A stretch of DNA of 64,000 nt, taken from contig JBHIFJ010000005.1 in NCBI GenBank assembly GCA_046761045.1, positions 2,361-66,360 on the forward strand, written 5' to 3'. The notes under the pieces were generated by a model. It worked only from the letters and a program-made list of their open reading frames with translations, was not told the origin of the DNA and made no database searches. This stretch comes from Thermoplasmata archaeon. Its GTDB lineage: Archaea; Thermoplasmatota; Thermoplasmata; RBG-16-68-12; JAGMCJ01. Both the position numbers and the translations under genes were made by a program. Position 1 is the stretch's first letter. Each line of letters starts with the position of its first letter. Positions 1 to 10,153 of this stretch are shown here, piece after piece.

Positions 1-2958
1 GAGCTCGTTGACTCGAAGCCAAACTTCGGCTCCGCTGATGTCGACAACCCCCTCGAAGGCGTTCTGGAGCTGACGCCGGAGGTGGGTTTCTGGACAGTCG
101 AGGTCAAGGGAACGAACGTTCCCGCAGGTCCTCAGCCCTTCGCGCTGACGATTCTAGGTGCGACCGACCCGGATTACGGACAGCTCTTCCTGGACAAGGC
201 GACATATGGAGACTCGGACACAATCAACATCAGAGTGGAGGACTTGGATGCCATCTCCCCGGTGGTGGTAAAGGTCACAAGCGACACCGAGACAGCCGCT
301 GAGAACGTCACCCTGCTCCAAATCGGTACCGGGGTGTTCGAGGGGACCATAGACACCGCATACGGCATCCCTACCCCGGATGGCGTCCTGCAAGTGAGTG
401 AGCGCGACGCCGTCACAGTCGAGTACGTGGACGTCACACCTCCAGAGAAGTCGGTCCTGAAGACGGCAGTCATAGACGGCGCGCCTCCCATGATAACGAA
501 CGTGAAGGCGACCACGATAACCAACGCAGCCGCGACGATAGTGTGGAACACAGATGAATCTGCCACGTCGACGGTCTACTACGGCACCAGTCCGGCGTTC
601 CTGAACGGCACGGCGGTCAAGCTCCCAGCGGGATACTTCGTCTCGCACTCAGTCGATCTCGTCGGCCTTTCGACCGGCGTGAAGTACTACTTCGACGTCG
701 AATCTACTGATAGGTTCGGACACACGACCCTGGACAATAACGCTGGGCAGCACTACAGCTTCGTCACGACGGAGAAAGCAGAGCTACTGCTCGTCATCGG
801 CGACGCTACGTTCCCGCCAGAAAGGGTCGAGAGATACAGGAACGCATTCGACATGTTCGGCTGGTCCTTCAATGAGTGGTACGTCGAGAGAAGCGGAATT
901 CCGAGCCTCTCGCTATTGCAGGGGTACAAGGTGGTCCTCTGGCAAACCGGCTTGGAGGAGTACCCGCCCTTCGAGCCCCAAGAGATGACACTCATAACGA
1001 ACTATCTCGATGAGGGAGGAAGACTGTTCATCTCTTCCCACGATGTTGCCTGGGCCTTCGCGGCGGATTCGGGCTCCGAATACGCGACTGTTCAAACGGG
1101 TCAGTGGGTGAACTCGACCCTGAAGGCGGACTGGGATGAGGATCCAAGAAGCTGGACGGATATGGAGGGTGAGATCGGAGATCCGATCAGTAACGAGTAC
1201 GTAGGCGTGAATCGGATACCCTACATCCCGCACAGAAACGGTGGCGCGGGAGATGAGGTGACAGGCCAGCAGTACGGGGGGGCGTCTTCGAGCGTGTGGA
1301 AGGACTACGGCGGTCCCTATGCAAACGGTGTCACAGTTGGTATCAAGTGGGTTTCCTCCGGCCCGAACGGAACGGCTGGGCCAGGCAACGTCTGGGGAGG
1401 CCAGCCTTCGAAGATCGTGGACTGCTTCTTCGAGATTACGGGCCTGAACTTCATCTCGGCCAATGACTGGGACAGAGGTTCAGTCATCAACAAGACAATC
1501 GTGTGGTTGATAGGCCACGACCATCCAGACGTGCAGGTCATCTCGCCCAACGGAGGCGAGGTCTTCAGCGGGAACACAATCCAGATCGATTGGAGTCGGA
1601 ATGTATACTCCACAGGAATAAACCAGCAAACACTCTACTACAGCCCCGATGACGGACAGTCGTGGACAAAGATATCTCCCGATCCAGCGCCTGGCGATAC
1701 CACATACACGTGGGACGTCACAACGCTCGAGAATGGAATCAACTACCGCGTCAAGGTCATGGTCCAGGACGACGGCAACCCGTATCCGATGCTCAACGGT
1801 TCCGACGTCTCGGATGGCACATTCACGATCCTGAAGCCTTCAGGGGACAATCAGGGGCCGGTGACGATTCCAGGAAGCATCGTCCCGGATCCGAATCCCG
1901 TTGACAGGTACACGAGCATGACCTTCACGGCAATGGTGGATGACACGAACTTCGGGAACTCGACAATCCAGGCTGCAGAGTTCTATATCGATGCTCCTGG
2001 AGCCCCCGGAGGCGGTACACCGATGAATCCCGTGGACGCGTTCGACAGCGCCACAGAGGGGGTCACCTGGACCGGATCCGCGGACTGGCCGCCTGGAACG
2101 CACTGCATCTACGTGCACGGACAGGATGCTGCGAACAACTGGGGACAATGGGAGTCTAGGTGCTTCCTGGTCCACGGCAAGGTGGTTGCAGCGCCTTCCG
2201 ACTTCATGGCGGAGCTGACCGGACTCAACCATGAGGATGTCACGCTGACATGGACCCTTTCGCCGGATGACCCGACGGATGTGTCCCATTACTCCATATA
2301 CTACGGAGCCGCCTATGATCCGACAGCGGCAAGCTACGCATTCCTCACGACCGTGCCGAATCAAACGAGCATGTACGTGCATGCCGGAGCTGGCCTTGGT
2401 GGCTCGCTCTACTACGCCATCTACAGCAACGGAACGGGCGGAGACACGACGATGGCCTCCCAGCAGGCAGGCAAGTTCGTGAGAACGCTCTCGGCGGGCA
2501 TACATCTCGTCTCGATACCGATTACACCGTCGAACGCCTCCGTCAACAAGATCTTCCAGACGCTGGAGTATGACAAGGTGTGGACCTACGATTCATCGGC
2601 GAATCAGTGGCAGACCCACATGGCGTTCAAGCCCTACGGCGGGGACCTCACGACCATCACGCTGGACAAGGGCTACTGGGTCGAGGTGACTCAGGCGAGC
2701 GACTTCATCGTCGCCGGCTGGGCGCAGACAGTCGTGCCCATCCAGCTGATGCAGCCCTGGACATTGGCGGGCTATCCTTCGCTGACAGGTTCCATGACCG
2801 TCGGAGAGCTCAAGATGCTCACGGGAGCGAGCAAGGTCGAAGGCTACACCGCCGCGGGACCCTACTTCCTGCAGGAACTTGCGGACTCGTACGTCCTGGC
2901 AGCCGGGGAGGCATACTGGATTGGGAACGCCAACCTCACCTGGCAGGTCTACATCTAA
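1..2958 (+). CDS. C-terminal ~985 aa of a large secreted subtilase-paralogue surface protein (5' end lies outside the window). It carries FN3-like domains, a putative class-I glutamine-amidotransferase-like/ThuA-like domain, a BNR-like segment, and the C-terminal module shared with the proteins at 3000..6665 and 20324..22492.
   Basis: The reading frame is open from nt 1. The N-terminal part (ELVDSKPNFGSADVDNPLEGV...WTVEVKGTNVPAGPQPFALTILG) aligns with residues ~720-760 of the subtilase at 3000..6665 (NVLEGVHIKNPAVGAWTVEVIAHDVPNGPQPYALVALG). The C-terminal ~250 aa (TLTWTLSPDDP...YSIYYG...AKFVRTLSAG...WTYDSSANQW...GYWVEV...AYWIGNANLTWQVYI) is collinear with the C-termini of the two other secreted proteins. 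Confidence 0.7.
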   Translation, partial: ELVDSKPNFGSADVDNPLEGVLELTPEVGFWTVEVKGTNVPAGPQPFALTILGATDPDYGQLFLDKATYGDSDTINIRVEDLDAISPVVVKVTSDTETAAENVTLLQIGTGVFEGTIDTAYGIPTPDGVLQVSERDAVTVEYVDVTPPEKSVLKTAVIDGAPPMITNVKATTITNAAATIVWNTDESATSTVYYGTSPAFLNGTAVKLPAGYFVSHSVDLVGLSTGVKYYFDVESTDRFGHTTLDNNAGQHYSFVTTEKAELLLVIGDATFPPERVERYRNAFDMFGWSFNEWYVERSGIPSLSLLQGYKVVLWQTGLEEYPPFEPQEMTLITNYLDEGGRLFISSHDVAWAFAADSGSEYATVQTGQWVNSTLKADWDEDPRSWTDMEGEIGDPISNEYVGVNRIPYIPHRNGGAGDEVTGQQYGGASSSVWKDYGGPYANGVTVGIKWVSSGPNGTAGPGNVWGGQPSKIVDCFFEITGLNFISANDWDRGSVINKTIVWLIGHDHPDVQVISPNGGEVFSGNTIQIDWSRNVYSTGINQQTLYYSPDDGQSWTKISPDPAPGDTTYTWDVTTLENGINYRVKVMVQDDGNPYPMLNGSDVSDGTFTILKPSGDNQGPVTIPGSIVPDPNPVDRYTSMTFTAMVDDTNFGNSTIQAAEFYIDAPGAPGGGTPMNPVDAFDSATEGVTWTGSADWPPGTHCIYVHGQDAANNWGQWESRCFLVHGKVVAAPSDFMAELTGLNHEDVTLTWTLSPDDPTDVSHYSIYYGAAYDPTAASYAFLTTVPNQTSMYVHAGAGLGGSLYYAIYSNGTGGDTTMASQQAGKFVRTLSAGIHLVSIPITPSNASVNKIFQTLEYDKVWTYDSSANQWQTHMAFKPYGGDLTTITLDKGYWVEVTQASDFIVAGWAQTVVPIQLMQPWTLAGYPSLTGSMTVGELKMLTGASKVEGYTAAGPYFLQELADSYVLAAGEAYWIGNANLTWQVYI

Positions 2959-2963
2959 GCAAT

Positions 2964-2972
2964 CTATTATAG
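2964..2972 (+). promoter_or_regulatory. Candidate archaeal TATA box for the subtilase gene.
   Basis: The sequence ctattatag lies ~30 nt upstream of the ATG at 3000, consistent with a leaderless or short-leader archaeal promoter. Confidence 0.35.
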
Positions 2973-2999
2973 GGGGCTTGGCCTAGAGAAAGTGAGATC

Positions 3000-5900
3000 A
3001 TGACGAAAGGCAGACTCGCGATACTGCTATCCCTGATTCTCCTCCTTACACTGATTCCCATGAACACCAGCTCGACCCAGGGGGATATAATCGACGTCAG
3101 AATATCCATCTCCCCGGAGCAGCTGGACGCTCTCGCATCGTACCACATAATAGAGGAGTACGAGAGCTTCGTCGTGGTCAGTATAACGAGCGACGAGGTC
3201 GAGGAACTTACCGCCCGGGGCTTCGACGTTGAGGTGGAGGACCTCCACAGGATAGGCATCAGGGGATTCTCCTTCGATTCGAGGGACGGAGAGCCGCCCA
3301 TCCCGGAGGAACTCAGGACATCGGGCTATCCTTCTGGGGATGGCTACTACATCGTGCAGTTCCACGGACCCGTGAAGGAGGAATGGAAGACCTCCCTGCA
3401 ACGGGCTGGCGCCGAGATTCTCTCCTACGTGCCTTCGAACGCCTTCCTGGTCAGAACGAGGACGGGGATCTCCTCCCTCAGTGAGGTTCAGGCGGTGCAA
3501 TGGGTGGGACTCTTCCAACCCGCCTACAAGATCGCCCCGGAGCTCGCTTCCTCGAGCGGGACGTTCGAGGCAGAGATAATCACCTTCCGTCCGGAGGGTG
3601 TCAACTCGGTGGTCAATGCCCTTCCGCAGGCGTCCGTGCTCTACTCCTACAGGGGCAAGGACTTCGGCAGAGTGGATGCCAGACTGAATCGGGACCAGCT
3701 CGTGAAGGTGGCGAACCTGGTCGATGTCCACTTCATACAGGAGCGTCAGGTTCCTCAGGTCCTCAACAGCAGGATGCAATGGATAATGCAGACGAACGTC
3801 AATGGCAACAGGCGCGTGTGGGACATGGGAATCCGCGGTGAGGGACAGCTCGTCGGGTTCTCCGACACCGGCTTGGATTACGACCATCAGTTCTTCCGCG
3901 AGGACGCTGGGACGATACAGAGCGGGGATATCTACAACGTGACCGACATGACCCGCAGGAAGCTGGTGCGCTACTGGGTGCACGGCGACCCGACCGATGA
4001 GTGGTCCTGGAAGGATAGCCCGAACAGATACGACCCGGGCGCCGGATGGGCGACCCTTGGCCACGGGACAATGGTGGCGGGCACCTTTGGAGGCAATGAC
4101 GATCCTATGGGGTCCAGCGACAACGACGGAGGGGCGAAAGCCGCCAAGATATTCTTCCAGGATATAGGCAGCGTGGACATGCGGGGCGGCGTAAGGAGGG
4201 ACAGCCTAAAGTACATTCCATCTGACTACGACAACCTCTTCGGCCCCGCCTACGACGCCGGCGCGAGGGTCCATTCCAATTCCTGGGGCTCCTCGACGAG
4301 CGTATACACGTTCGAGGCGCAGATGGTCGACGAGTTTATGTGGAACCACCCTGACATGCTCATCGTATTCTCAAACGGGAACGGAGGCCCAACCTCGTGG
4401 TTCCAGTACGACGTCGCGAGCCCCGCCACGGCGAAGAACGCCCTGTCGTCGGGTTCGGGACAGACCTCTCCGAATCAGGACAGCGTTGCTGGATACAGCA
4501 GCAGAGGGCCCACCTCCGACGGAAGGCGGAAGCCCACCGTGACGGCCGTCGGTGAGGGCGTGTCGTCCATGTCCACTGGCGATCCGAAGGATAACACAAA
4601 CACCGCCTGGGAGAGCAGTTGGGCGGGCACGAGCTACTCGGCACCGGACCATGCTTCGCTGGCTGCCATGGCCCGCCAGTACTTCACAGAGGGGTGGTGG
4701 CCCACGGGGACGAAGATTCCCGGCGATGCGTTCAATCCCTCAGCGGCGCTCCTGAAGGCGGTCCTGGCCGCGAGCGGACAACAGATGACCGGCTCATTCT
4801 CGGACAGCAAGAGCGAGGACACCTGGCCGAACAACTCGCAGGGCTGGGGTAGAGTGCTCCTGGACGACGCATTGCACTTCACCGGCGACACGAGGCGCAT
4901 GGAGCTCGTGGACGAGACGCTTGGGCTGAGCACGGGCGAATCGAACATCGAATCCTACTTCGTTCTCGACTCCGGCGAGCCGCTGAGAGTGATGCTCGCC
5001 TGGACCGACCATCCCGGCGTGGCCTGGACGACCCCGAACCTGGTCAACGACCTGGACCTGCTTGTCACCGACCCGACTGGGAACACCTACAAGGGCAACG
5101 TCTTCGGGACGATGGCTCAGGGCGAGTCTCAGCCGAACACGGGCAGCTACGACAGGCTCAATGTGCTCGAGGGTGTTCACATAAAGAACCCTGCTGTCGG
5201 TGCGTGGACCGTTGAGGTCATCGCTCACGACGTGCCCAACGGACCGCAGCCGTACGCGCTCGTGGCACTCGGGGACCTCGGAACGGGCTACGGGCAGGTC
5301 TTCCTCGACCAGACGGTCTACGGGGACGGCGACACAATCGGGATAACGGTTAGGGACACTGGTCCTACGTCTATCAACGTCACCATATGGAGCACGACGG
5401 AGCCTGGTCCCGAGGTCGTTAGCCTGACCGAGACGTCACCTGGCTCGGGAAGATGGGTTGGCAACATCAACACCACTCTCGGTTTCCCGAGTCCTGATGG
5501 CCAGCTTCAGGTGTCCGATGGCGATCTCGTCACCGTTCAGTACGACGACATGAATCCCATCCACACATCCACAGACACGGCCACGATTGACGGCTCCTAT
5601 CCGATCATCTTCAACATCTTCGTGATCAATGTCACCTCCACCACGGCGGACGTGATTTGGAGCACGAACGAGCCCACTGATTCGAGGGTGTACTACAACA
5701 AGAGCGACCCGCTCATCCTGCAGGAGTTCGTGGGCGCGTATCGCACACAGCACGATGTCCTGCTTACGGGCCTCGAGCCGCAGACGACATACAGGTTCGA
5801 CGTGGAGTCCTCGGACCCGTACGGCCATACCGTCGTGGAAAACAATGGCGGGATGCATTACGAGTTCACCACGCTGAAGCCGATGCCCGAGCCTCCGACG

Positions 5901-6665
5901 AATCTGAGGGCCTGGCTCTTCGGGAACAACTATGAGCACGTCCACATAGAATGGGACCTGTCCACCGATGATGCGACAATGGTGGACCACTACGCGGTGT
6001 ATTACAGCACGACCGGCTACGACCCGGACGGGACGGGGTACAAGTTCCTGGCGGCCTCGCCGAAGGGAATCAACTTCTTCGACCACTATCTGGCGGGGCA
6101 TCTGAATCCGTGGAACATCTTCTACTACGTGCAGGCGAACTACAGCGGCGGTCTGCCCGGAAGGGCGGAGGACCAGGTCGCCAAGTTCACCAGGTGGATG
6201 CCGACCGGCAATGTCCTCCTGTCCTTCCCGCTCAAGATGGTCAACCAGACGATAGAGTACGCGCTCAAGACGGTGAGCTGGGACAGGGCGTGGACCTATG
6301 ATGCGTGGACGGGGCGCTGGATGGAGTACCACATCTGGAAGAATTGGAACGACCTCCTGACGGTGGATCAATCAATGGCGATCTGGGTGAACGTGACATC
6401 GCCCGAACCCGTGACTCACGCGGGTGTGGTGCCGAAGAACTTCACAATCTATCTCAAGGAGGGATGGAACCTCGTCGGGTTCCCCTACGTGCGGTGGGAC
6501 TACACGGTCGACGACCTCGCGACGGAGACGGGTGCCGAGCGGGTGGAGAGCTTCAATGTCGTTGCGCAGCCCTACTACCTGTGGGACCTTCCCGGGCCGA
6601 CATTCATGGCTCCTTGCGAAGGGTACTGGATAAAGGTTCCCGCTGATACTGTTTGGGTGCTCTGA
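3000..6665 (+). CDS. Secreted subtilisin-like serine protease (peptidase S8) with C-terminal FN3-like domains and the shared C-terminal module.
   Basis: N-terminal signal peptide MTKGRLAILLSLILLLTLIPMNTSS. S8 catalytic triad motifs are present: Asp (GFSDTGLDYDHQ), His (HGTMVAGT) and Ser (GTSYSAPDHA). A ctattatag TATA-like box lies 28-36 nt upstream of the ATG. Confidence 0.85.
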   Translation: MTKGRLAILLSLILLLTLIPMNTSSTQGDIIDVRISISPEQLDALASYHIIEEYESFVVVSITSDEVEELTARGFDVEVEDLHRIGIRGFSFDSRDGEPPIPEELRTSGYPSGDGYYIVQFHGPVKEEWKTSLQRAGAEILSYVPSNAFLVRTRTGISSLSEVQAVQWVGLFQPAYKIAPELASSSGTFEAEIITFRPEGVNSVVNALPQASVLYSYRGKDFGRVDARLNRDQLVKVANLVDVHFIQERQVPQVLNSRMQWIMQTNVNGNRRVWDMGIRGEGQLVGFSDTGLDYDHQFFREDAGTIQSGDIYNVTDMTRRKLVRYWVHGDPTDEWSWKDSPNRYDPGAGWATLGHGTMVAGTFGGNDDPMGSSDNDGGAKAAKIFFQDIGSVDMRGGVRRDSLKYIPSDYDNLFGPAYDAGARVHSNSWGSSTSVYTFEAQMVDEFMWNHPDMLIVFSNGNGGPTSWFQYDVASPATAKNALSSGSGQTSPNQDSVAGYSSRGPTSDGRRKPTVTAVGEGVSSMSTGDPKDNTNTAWESSWAGTSYSAPDHASLAAMARQYFTEGWWPTGTKIPGDAFNPSAALLKAVLAASGQQMTGSFSDSKSEDTWPNNSQGWGRVLLDDALHFTGDTRRMELVDETLGLSTGESNIESYFVLDSGEPLRVMLAWTDHPGVAWTTPNLVNDLDLLVTDPTGNTYKGNVFGTMAQGESQPNTGSYDRLNVLEGVHIKNPAVGAWTVEVIAHDVPNGPQPYALVALGDLGTGYGQVFLDQTVYGDGDTIGITVRDTGPTSINVTIWSTTEPGPEVVSLTETSPGSGRWVGNINTTLGFPSPDGQLQVSDGDLVTVQYDDMNPIHTSTDTATIDGSYPIIFNIFVINVTSTTADVIWSTNEPTDSRVYYNKSDPLILQEFVGAYRTQHDVLLTGLEPQTTYRFDVESSDPYGHTVVENNGGMHYEFTTLKPMPEPPTNLRAWLFGNNYEHVHIEWDLSTDDATMVDHYAVYYSTTGYDPDGTGYKFLAASPKGINFFDHYLAGHLNPWNIFYYVQANYSGGLPGRAEDQVAKFTRWMPTGNVLLSFPLKMVNQTIEYALKTVSWDRAWTYDAWTGRWMEYHIWKNWNDLLTVDQSMAIWVNVTSPEPVTHAGVVPKNFTIYLKEGWNLVGFPYVRWDYTVDDLATETGAERVESFNVVAQPYYLWDLPGPTFMAPCEGYWIKVPADTVWVL

Positions 6666-6708
6666 GTTCTCATCGTGTGCCTTCCCTGCAACATGATTCT
6701 CCTCATGA

Positions 6709-8529
6709 TTACAGAACGCCAAACAGGAACGAGGAGGCCAGGAAGGACAGGGAAAAGATGAGGGTTGCCATAGGAATGGCCCTCCCGATTGCTCTCATGA
6801 GTTCCGGACGGTCACCGCCCTGTAGCCCTTCAACGAGATAACTGGCCACCGCCGAATTGCAGAAGAGGAGGCCTCCAAGTATGAGGATGAACGAACTGAG
6901 ATTGGAGGACTGAGAGAACCTTTCCATCAGCAGCGACATCGAAGCAGTCACTCCGAGAACAAGTGGAGAGAAGAAGGTCGTGGTGTTGCGCAATGTCTGA
7001 ATGGTCGGCCTGATTTCGTCTCGTGCATTCTCCTCAATCCTCGACACCTCCTTCAGATTGGAGGAGATGTGCTTCGCTATCCTCCCTGCAAGAGCAGGGT
7101 CCTTCTCGGCAATACTGAATATCATCCTCAGATTCGAGGTGACACCCGTCCCTGTGGGCGCTAGACTGTCAACCAGTGCTGTCCCCACATCGGACTTGCC
7201 CCTTGACAAGTGATATAGAGCCTGAGCGAACTTACCCGACAGCTCCGTTCCCTCCATCTTTCTCCCGGTCTTCAAGAGAGCGGTCTCAGGAGGCTCGCCT
7301 GCCAAGAGGAATCTGCCCAGGTGCTCAGCCGCTTCGGGGAATTCCCTCGCGAGTTTGGACGAGTCACCGCCGTGTCTAGACCTTCCCGCCCAAAGCATGG
7401 AGAATGATATCAGGAGCGAGGAGAAGGCGAGAATCGCGAGGAATGCATATGGGGTTTCGATGTGCCATATCACGACGACGGCCACGAGAAGGGAAATGGT
7501 AGCGAGAAGGGCCAGAACTGGCGGGAGTACATCTGAGAGCTCCAACGGCCGGGCGGTCCTCGAGGGAATGGGCCTTCCGGACAGCACCTCCCTGCAATAG
7601 AGGAGCATGAATAGCGGGAAGGCGACGTCTAGGATGACTGCTACCAGGCCGGGATGGAGACCGTTGGCTTGGCGCCCTTCGATGTTCTCGTCAGCAAGCC
7701 CAATCGGACTCGCGAGAGCCAAGGATGACATCGGCAGAAAGGAGGCGATCATCACTGGGAGCACTATCCCAAGCGCGAAGACGACACTGATGGGTGCCTT
7801 GAGGGAGAAAAGGAATCGCCGAAGCTTTCTCCTTGTGTGAGCGTGAATGGCCGAAAGCAAGAAGCCCAGATCATCCCCGGAACTCTCCTCCACGGCTCCA
7901 GACAGGCTCAACATTGCCTCCCCAAATCCCCTGTTCCTGTCTTTCCATTTCCTGGCATAGCTCACGAATTCCTCTGGCAGGCTCCTGCCTTTCAGATAGA
8001 CAAGCCACAGTAGCCGCTCAAACCCAACCTTGACTTCACCACGAGAGTTCCTGGAGACGGCCAAGACCGCATTCTCGTGTGAAAGCGCTTCTCCAGCGCC
8101 TCCTATCATGTGGCTCATGACCTCGGGGGCCTCTCTGAAGGATGATTTCTGCATCGCTACGGCAAGTCCTCTTGGAAAGGAGACGACCGTCCTACTGAGA
8201 ATGAAGGCGAGCGTGACCACGAGAACGAGGACAATTGGATGAGCTTGAGCCAGGACGAGAGCAGGAAGGAGGACCAGAGAGAGCATGAATGCCAAACGTC
8301 CGCCCGATAGGACCTCCTCGGACCGCAGCCCGAGTCCAGCAAAGAGGATGTCATCTTCGAGTTCCATTCTGTCAGCCTCCATCATCCGCCGTAGCCTGCT
8401 TCTCGGGTCCTCAGTGGGTCTCTCGGATCGTGGCCAAATCGGTCCTATGCACCTCCTACAACGCAGGGGTCCCAGCATGGAATGAGCGAATCTGCAGTAC
8501 CTCGTGAACATCTCACCTCGACTAGGCAT
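6709..8529 (-). CDS. FlaJ/TadC-like polytopic membrane platform protein of a type IV pilus / archaellum-type assembly system.
   Basis: 606 aa with many hydrophobic segments and T2SS-F-like architecture. It lies immediately downstream of the FlaI-like ATPase, with an 8-nt overlap typical of flaI-flaJ operons. Confidence 0.7.
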   Translation of the reverse strand: MPSRGEMFTRYCRFAHSMLGPLRCRRCIGPIWPRSERPTEDPRSRLRRMMEADRMELEDDILFAGLGLRSEEVLSGGRLAFMLSLVLLPALVLAQAHPIVLVLVVTLAFILSRTVVSFPRGLAVAMQKSSFREAPEVMSHMIGGAGEALSHENAVLAVSRNSRGEVKVGFERLLWLVYLKGRSLPEEFVSYARKWKDRNRGFGEAMLSLSGAVEESSGDDLGFLLSAIHAHTRRKLRRFLFSLKAPISVVFALGIVLPVMIASFLPMSSLALASPIGLADENIEGRQANGLHPGLVAVILDVAFPLFMLLYCREVLSGRPIPSRTARPLELSDVLPPVLALLATISLLVAVVVIWHIETPYAFLAILAFSSLLISFSMLWAGRSRHGGDSSKLAREFPEAAEHLGRFLLAGEPPETALLKTGRKMEGTELSGKFAQALYHLSRGKSDVGTALVDSLAPTGTGVTSNLRMIFSIAEKDPALAGRIAKHISSNLKEVSRIEENARDEIRPTIQTLRNTTTFFSPLVLGVTASMSLLMERFSQSSNLSSFILILGGLLFCNSAVASYLVEGLQGGDRPELMRAIGRAIPMATLIFSLSFLASSFLFGVL

Positions 8530-10153
8530 ATCCTGCCCTCACGTCAATCTGTCTTTTCCATCGTTCCAGCAGGTCCTCGCCAGAGTAGCCCTTCTCTGTG
8601 AGTGACAAGAAAACGGAGTTGGCTAGCGATTGGAACTTCGCTGAGAGGACGCGACTCCCCAGTTTCCTTGCGAGACTGGCCACGTACCTCTTGCATTCCG
8701 CCCTCAAGTGGATACTCTCAAGGGCCTCCGCGTAACTCATTCCCCAGGAGTTCGCAATCTCCCGTATCCTTTGTGAGTCAGAGAGGAGGCTCTCGGTTTC
8801 GATGAGCGAGTCTCTCGAGATGCTGTAGTGCATGAGCTGCAGGAAGCTACCATCGCAGGACTCCTTGTTGAGCTCAGAGATCTCGATTACTCTTCGTCTA
8901 GGATTCAGGGTCCCTCGAGGCCTCAGAAGTCCGGCCACGATGACGATGTCAGTCGCTGAGAAGGACTGAGGAGGGATGCCGAGATCGTGGACCACCCGCT
9001 CATAAACACTTCTGGAGGAGCTCCCGTGTATCGTCCCGAGAACCGCCGAGCCAGCCGTCCCGACACGCATCGCCTCGTAAAGAGTCCGAGCCTCTCTGCC
9101 TCTCACCTCTCCGAGGACTATTGCAGACTCTCCGAGGCGCAACGAGACCCTGAGCGCTTCATCTGCCGTCGTTTCGCTCCCGGAGATTCCTGAGCATACG
9201 TAGAGGCTCTGGACCTTGTATCCGAGTTTCCTGAGCTCCGCGCAGGGCAACTCCAGCGTGTCCTCAATCGTCAGAATTCTCTGGCTTGTCGGGAATTCGA
9301 ACATCATAGCCCCGAGGAGCGATGACTTCCCCGCCCCGCGACTGCCCGTCACCAGGATTGTTGAGTTACCATCCATCAGGAAAGAGATGAGGCCGGCCGC
9401 AAGAGGTGTCATACTTCTGTGATAGACCAATCTCGTCAGGGTCCACGGGTCAGACGAGTGTCTGCGCAAGGCAAGAGCGATGCCATCCGGACTGAGTGGG
9501 GGACGCACGGCTGTCAGTCTTGCGTTCATGTCTCCCAAGTCCATCTCAAGAACGGGATTCCTCTCCGAAAACGGCCTCTTGCTCATGAGGAGGAGTTTCG
9601 AGACTATGTTCTTGAGACCTCCCTCATCCATGCGAATGTTGGAAACGCACTTCTGGTGAAATCTGTGCTCTCCGGCGTGTGCAACCGTGAGGTGTATGGG
9701 GACCATCTCGCATGGTGCATCTAAGAAGATGTCCTGGACGTTTGGGTCCGAGAGAAGAATCTCGAGGACTCCGAATCCCACGGAATTCCTCTCAATCATC
9801 TCAGCAAGATGGCGTGCCCTCATCATACGCTCGGCCTTTGCCATGGTTCTGGGCAGACGAAGGGCTATGAGGTCACTCGCCCGATTCTTCACGTAGCGCC
9901 TGACCTGCGAAAGATTCCCCAGATCGAGGATATCAGGCGGGATAGACCATATCTCCTCCACGACCTCCCAGAGAAGCGAGAGCTCGTCTTCCTTCACCTC
10001 GGATGAGGGTGGTGAAAGCCAGTACAGGAAGTCGGTCGAGTTGTCCATCTGATAGATGCTTATGCGTGATTCACCGACGGAGTAGCTCATGACGGCTTCA
10101 AGGTCAGGAGGGTCGCCTAGTATCCAAAAGGAGCTGAAGAAGGGTCTCCACAT
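8522..10153 (-). CDS. FlaI/TadA/VirB11-family secretion ATPase (type IV pilus or archaellum assembly ATPase).
   Basis: Walker A box ILVTGSRGAGKSSLLGAMM followed by an Asp box (RILTIEDTLEL). The size of 543 aa is typical of archaeal FlaI. Confidence 0.85.
   Translation of the reverse strand: MWRPFFSSFWILGDPPDLEAVMSYSVGESRISIYQMDNSTDFLYWLSPPSSEVKEDELSLLWEVVEEIWSIPPDILDLGNLSQVRRYVKNRASDLIALRLPRTMAKAERMMRARHLAEMIERNSVGFGVLEILLSDPNVQDIFLDAPCEMVPIHLTVAHAGEHRFHQKCVSNIRMDEGGLKNIVSKLLLMSKRPFSERNPVLEMDLGDMNARLTAVRPPLSPDGIALALRRHSSDPWTLTRLVYHRSMTPLAAGLISFLMDGNSTILVTGSRGAGKSSLLGAMMFEFPTSQRILTIEDTLELPCAELRKLGYKVQSLYVCSGISGSETTADEALRVSLRLGESAIVLGEVRGREARTLYEAMRVGTAGSAVLGTIHGSSSRSVYERVVHDLGIPPQSFSATDIVIVAGLLRPRGTLNPRRRVIEISELNKESCDGSFLQLMHYSISRDSLIETESLLSDSQRIREIANSWGMSYAEALESIHLRAECKRYVASLARKLGSRVLSAKFQSLANSVFLSLTEKGYSGEDLLERWKRQIDVRAGYA

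Noticed and set aside
154-648. Minus-strand ORFs of 164 aa and 130 aa inside the first surface-protein gene.
   Set aside because: They are antisense to a well-supported coding frame. The Arg/Cys-rich, low-complexity translation is typical of GC-rich antisense frames.
3027-4064. 345 aa minus-strand ORF.
   Set aside because: It is entirely antisense to the S8 subtilase catalytic domain, which carries clear D/H/S motifs. It has no recognisable motifs of its own.
5436-6371. 311 aa minus-strand ORF.
   Set aside because: It is antisense to the subtilase C-terminal region and has Arg/Val/His-rich GC-frame composition.
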